From NCBI GenBank assembly GCA_001179505.1, contig CDMY01000461.1:1-64000 (forward strand): a stretch of 64,000 nucleotides of DNA, read 5' to 3'. Below, piece after piece: positions 60,925 to 64,000 of this stretch. The DNA comes from Vitrella brassicaformis CCMP3155. Taxonomy: Eukaryota > Protista > Chromerida. Positions within the stretch are counted from its first letter, which is position 1; each line of letters opens with the position of its first letter. A model generated the notes under the pieces. The model had not been told where the DNA came from. It did no database searches and saw only the letters and a list, made by a program, of their open reading frames with translations. A program made the position numbers and the translations under genes.

Positions 60925-62583
60925 ATGAAAGTGCGGGACGATGAGAGCGACCGTTCGACGGTGGTGTCTGAGGGCATGAGTGAGGTGATTGAGGACGCCG
61001 TGCTGGTGCCCGACCGGATGGCGGGCGACTGGGAGGATGAGGTGCCCGCGGGAGCCACCGTCGTGTACAGGAAGGAGAAAGACGAGGGACCCCTGGGGCA
61101 GGCCCTCGGGTAAGGAGAGGAGCTTCTGCTCGCTGGTCCGCTCCCTGTGCCCATTCTCTCCCCCCCTTCTCTCTGTGTCTGTGTGTGGTTCGACCAGGTT
61201 CGTTGCGTGGGTGTTGTTTCTCGCCTCGTACATCGTGGGTGCGACCATCCTGCCCCTGGCGGCCTTCACGGCCATAGCGCACCATGCGTGGGGGGCGGCG
61301 ACGGCACTGACGGCGCTGCTGTTGTTCCCTTTCCTGCCCGTGTCGACGTGGATCGCCAGCCTGCCCTTCACTGTGTGGGGGCTCGACGAGCTGCACTGGG
61401 CCTGCCTGGGGCTGCTCAGACAGGCCCGACACTGGACAGGACCTGGTGAGTGAGTGAGTGAGCACAGACACACCACACAGTGGCATCTCCTCTGGCGTGT
61501 GTGCGTGTGTGTTGTGTGCAGGCAGCGGAGTGGTGTATGAGGATTTGGCTGCGGTTCAGAGTGCGGGCAAGGACGGCAAACCGCCCACAGTCATCTGCTG
61601 CCACCCACACGGCATATTCGCTGCGGTATGGCCACACACACACACTCACACACACGCACGGAGGAACACGCAGCGACGGCGTGTGTGCGGTGTCTGTGTG
61701 TGTGTCTGTCAGGGTGTTGTGGTGCTGACTTCCAACGGGGATCTGAGCGGTCTGAAGGCGCGGACCATCACCTCATCGTTTCTCTACTACTTCGCCCCCA
61801 CACTCAGGTACGCACACACTCACACACACGCGCGCGCACGACGGAGCAACCAAATGAGCGTGTGTCGTGCGTGATGCATGTGATGCGTGTTGTATCAACG
61901 AATGTATCAAGGATCTTCCTGGCTCCCGCGGGTGTGCTCGGTGCGGCGAGAAAAGAGGACTTCACCAACTACATGAAGGTACCTACCTGCATGGCATGGG
62001 TCGCTCTTCGTGTGACGGCACACGTCATGCGCTTGTGTGTGTGTGTGTGTGTATTTAGCGTGGTGAGAACATGACTATGGTTCCTGGTGGCTTCCACGAG
62101 GCGACCATCTCCTGCCCACACAAAGACAGAGTCTACCTCAGAAAGCGAAAAGGTTAGTGGGAGGGAGAGAGAGAGGGAAAGGCAGGTACCACATCACGCA
62201 ACACAGCACACAGCTCACAAATCGTCTGGACGTCCGTCGTGTGTGCAGGGTTTGTCAAGTACGCCCTGCAGCACGGGTATGCCCTCACCCCCGTCTACAC
62301 CTTCGGCGAGTGCGACACATTCAGCAACGTACAGGTATGTGAGTATGTGAGCAGAGCAAGCAGCAAGACGCGACGCACAGCCAGACAGACAGACACACAC
62401 CATAACATGAATGGCTGTGTGTGTGTGCATGGGTCTATCTGTTGTGGATGAAGGGTGGGTGGAAGTGGCGGTTTGCGCTCAACAGCTTCGGCGTCCCCAC
62501 AGTGCTCTTCTGGGGCGTCCCCTTCGCACCACTACTACCACGCAGGTCACTCACAAATACCACTACAGTGGTGCGCACCCATC

Positions 62584-62617
<34 letters not shown>

Positions 62618-63076
62618 GTCTGTCTGTCTGTCTGTCTCTCTGTCTCTCTGTATGTGCAATATGTGCAGAGTGCCGATGTTGGTAGTGGTTGGGAAGCCTT
62701 TGCAGCTGCCGTGCATCCCCACCCCCACCCGCGACGAGGTGGCCGAGTACCACGAGAAGTACATCCACCACCTCCAGAAGCTCTACGACAAATTCGCACC
62801 ACTCTACTACGGACACATACAGGTACACGACACGCATCATCCTATGACATTCCGGACACTCCCCGCCCGCCCCACCAATGTGCTGTGTGTGTGTGTGTGT
62901 GTGTGTCCATCCCCCAGCCGCGTGCCAACGTTGAGTCAGGGGCGGAGCACCTGCCGCAGGTGTCCAAGAGTGCGTGGAAGCCCGACGATGAGGGCGGCGG
63001 CCAGGGGGTGGCCCCCAGAAGCAACGGCGCCAGTACCAAGTGGGAGAGAGCCCTGCCCACACTCGAGGTGTGGTAG
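60925..63076 (+). CDS. DGAT2: Diacylglycerol O-acyltransferase 2 family (start uncertain, multi-exon)
   Basis: N-terminal transmembrane segments, CCHPHGIF, VPGGFHEA, YLRKRK|GFVKYALQHGYALTPVYTFGE, VVVGKPL, YHEKYIHHLQKLYD. Confidence 0.9.
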
Positions 63077-64000
63077 CTAGTGCTGCAGACTGGGCAGACA
63101 GACAGCAGGCGGCCCCCTGGTTTTTTCGATGTGCAGAGGGAGGGATGTTTGTCATGACTCTTTTTCGGTTTTTCTGGTGGTTTCTGACCGAGTGGTGAGT
63201 GGGCGGTTTTTGCTGGTGTGTGCGGTGCGTACACGGTTGTGTGTGCGTGGAATGGACGACAAGAAGCATGGCAGTTTTTTGATGTGCGAGCGTCGTGGAG
63301 AGTGAGTGAGTCGGCCGGCTGCTCGGCCAATTGGTGTGAAATCTGGAGGCTGCTGTGTGTTGCAGCGATGGGTGGTGACGCTTAGACAGTCTTCGCAATC
63401 ACGAGCACTGTCTGCACGTCACCATGGGCTGCTGCAACACACGACAGCCTCCAAACAGCCAATCGAATGAGACTGAGTGAATTGTCGATGAGGGATGGCA
63501 TGTGTACTGCCTTTCCTGTGCATTGAGTGAGGTGAGTGTCCGTTGTCTGTCTGTCTGTCTGTCTTGTCTGTCTGTCTGTCTGGCGTGGCTTTCCATGCCC
63601 CAGCATTAGTCACCTGGTAACCTTTCAGACGGTCACCAAGCGGCTGTTGTTGAGGTTTGGACAGCCTCGTCAGCGAGAGACAGGCCCACACGCCAAAGAC
63701 GAGAGCAAAGATTCTCTGTTATCTTCCTTCCTGTCTATTCACACGCATTCGCATCGATAGCATCGACGGTTGTCTTATGTACCCATTGCCTCCATTGGTG
63801 CACCCACGCACATGTCAACCACATACACAGATATGCACGCCTCGCTCTGCACACGCTGCTGCTGAACGCCCCCACCCCTACCACCACCACCGCCACCAAG
63901 CACCCGTGCAATAGTGTCGCGCACATCGAGCTGAAACTTCGATGGCGGGCTGGACGGCCGCCTCTCGGCCCTTCCTAGACGGTTCTGGCTCCACTCAGCC

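Noticed and set aside
267-64000. Numerous antisense and overlapping ORFs in the supplied track (rich in CVCV/THTH)
   Set aside because: They are shadow frames of GC-rich exons or translations of CA/TG intron microsatellites.

Overview
Intron-rich, GC-rich eukaryotic genomic DNA with three 300-N scaffold gaps. Short GT-AG introns full of CA/TG microsatellites, a nuclear-encoded plastid MEP-pathway enzyme (ispF), AP2-like repeats and BTB paralogues point to a plastid-bearing alveolate. A chromerid such as Vitrella is my inference, not a database result. About 20 protein-coding genes are supported, mostly in head-to-head pairs: a multi-AP2-like/SAM-like protein, eEF1A, eIF3k, a CFAP97-like protein, ispF, two BTB paralogues, a UBA + degenerate RECQL4-like protein, a Cid1/TUTase-family nucleotidyltransferase, a PAN/fibrinogen-like secreted protein, a hemerythrin-like protein, UNC50, a chimeric multi-UBA protein, a C2H2 zinc-finger protein, a cytochrome b5 protein, USP5/UBP14, a fasciclin protein, an NT5C-like nucleotidase and DGAT2. 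No rRNA, tRNA, CRISPR array or autonomous transposon was recognised. The most interesting signals are: (1) introns with complementary 5' (AC)n and 3' (GT)n arms that could fold into hairpins; (2) a gene built from an inverted copy of the neighbouring USP5 UBA exons; (3) a UBA-fused, apparently dead RECQL4 half-helicase; (4) an exon-duplicated AP2-like array with apparently compensating frameshifts; (5) a recurrent GATCTG motif just upstream of start codons; (6) two dispersed structured non-coding elements. All gene models were spliced by eye, so boundaries are approximate.
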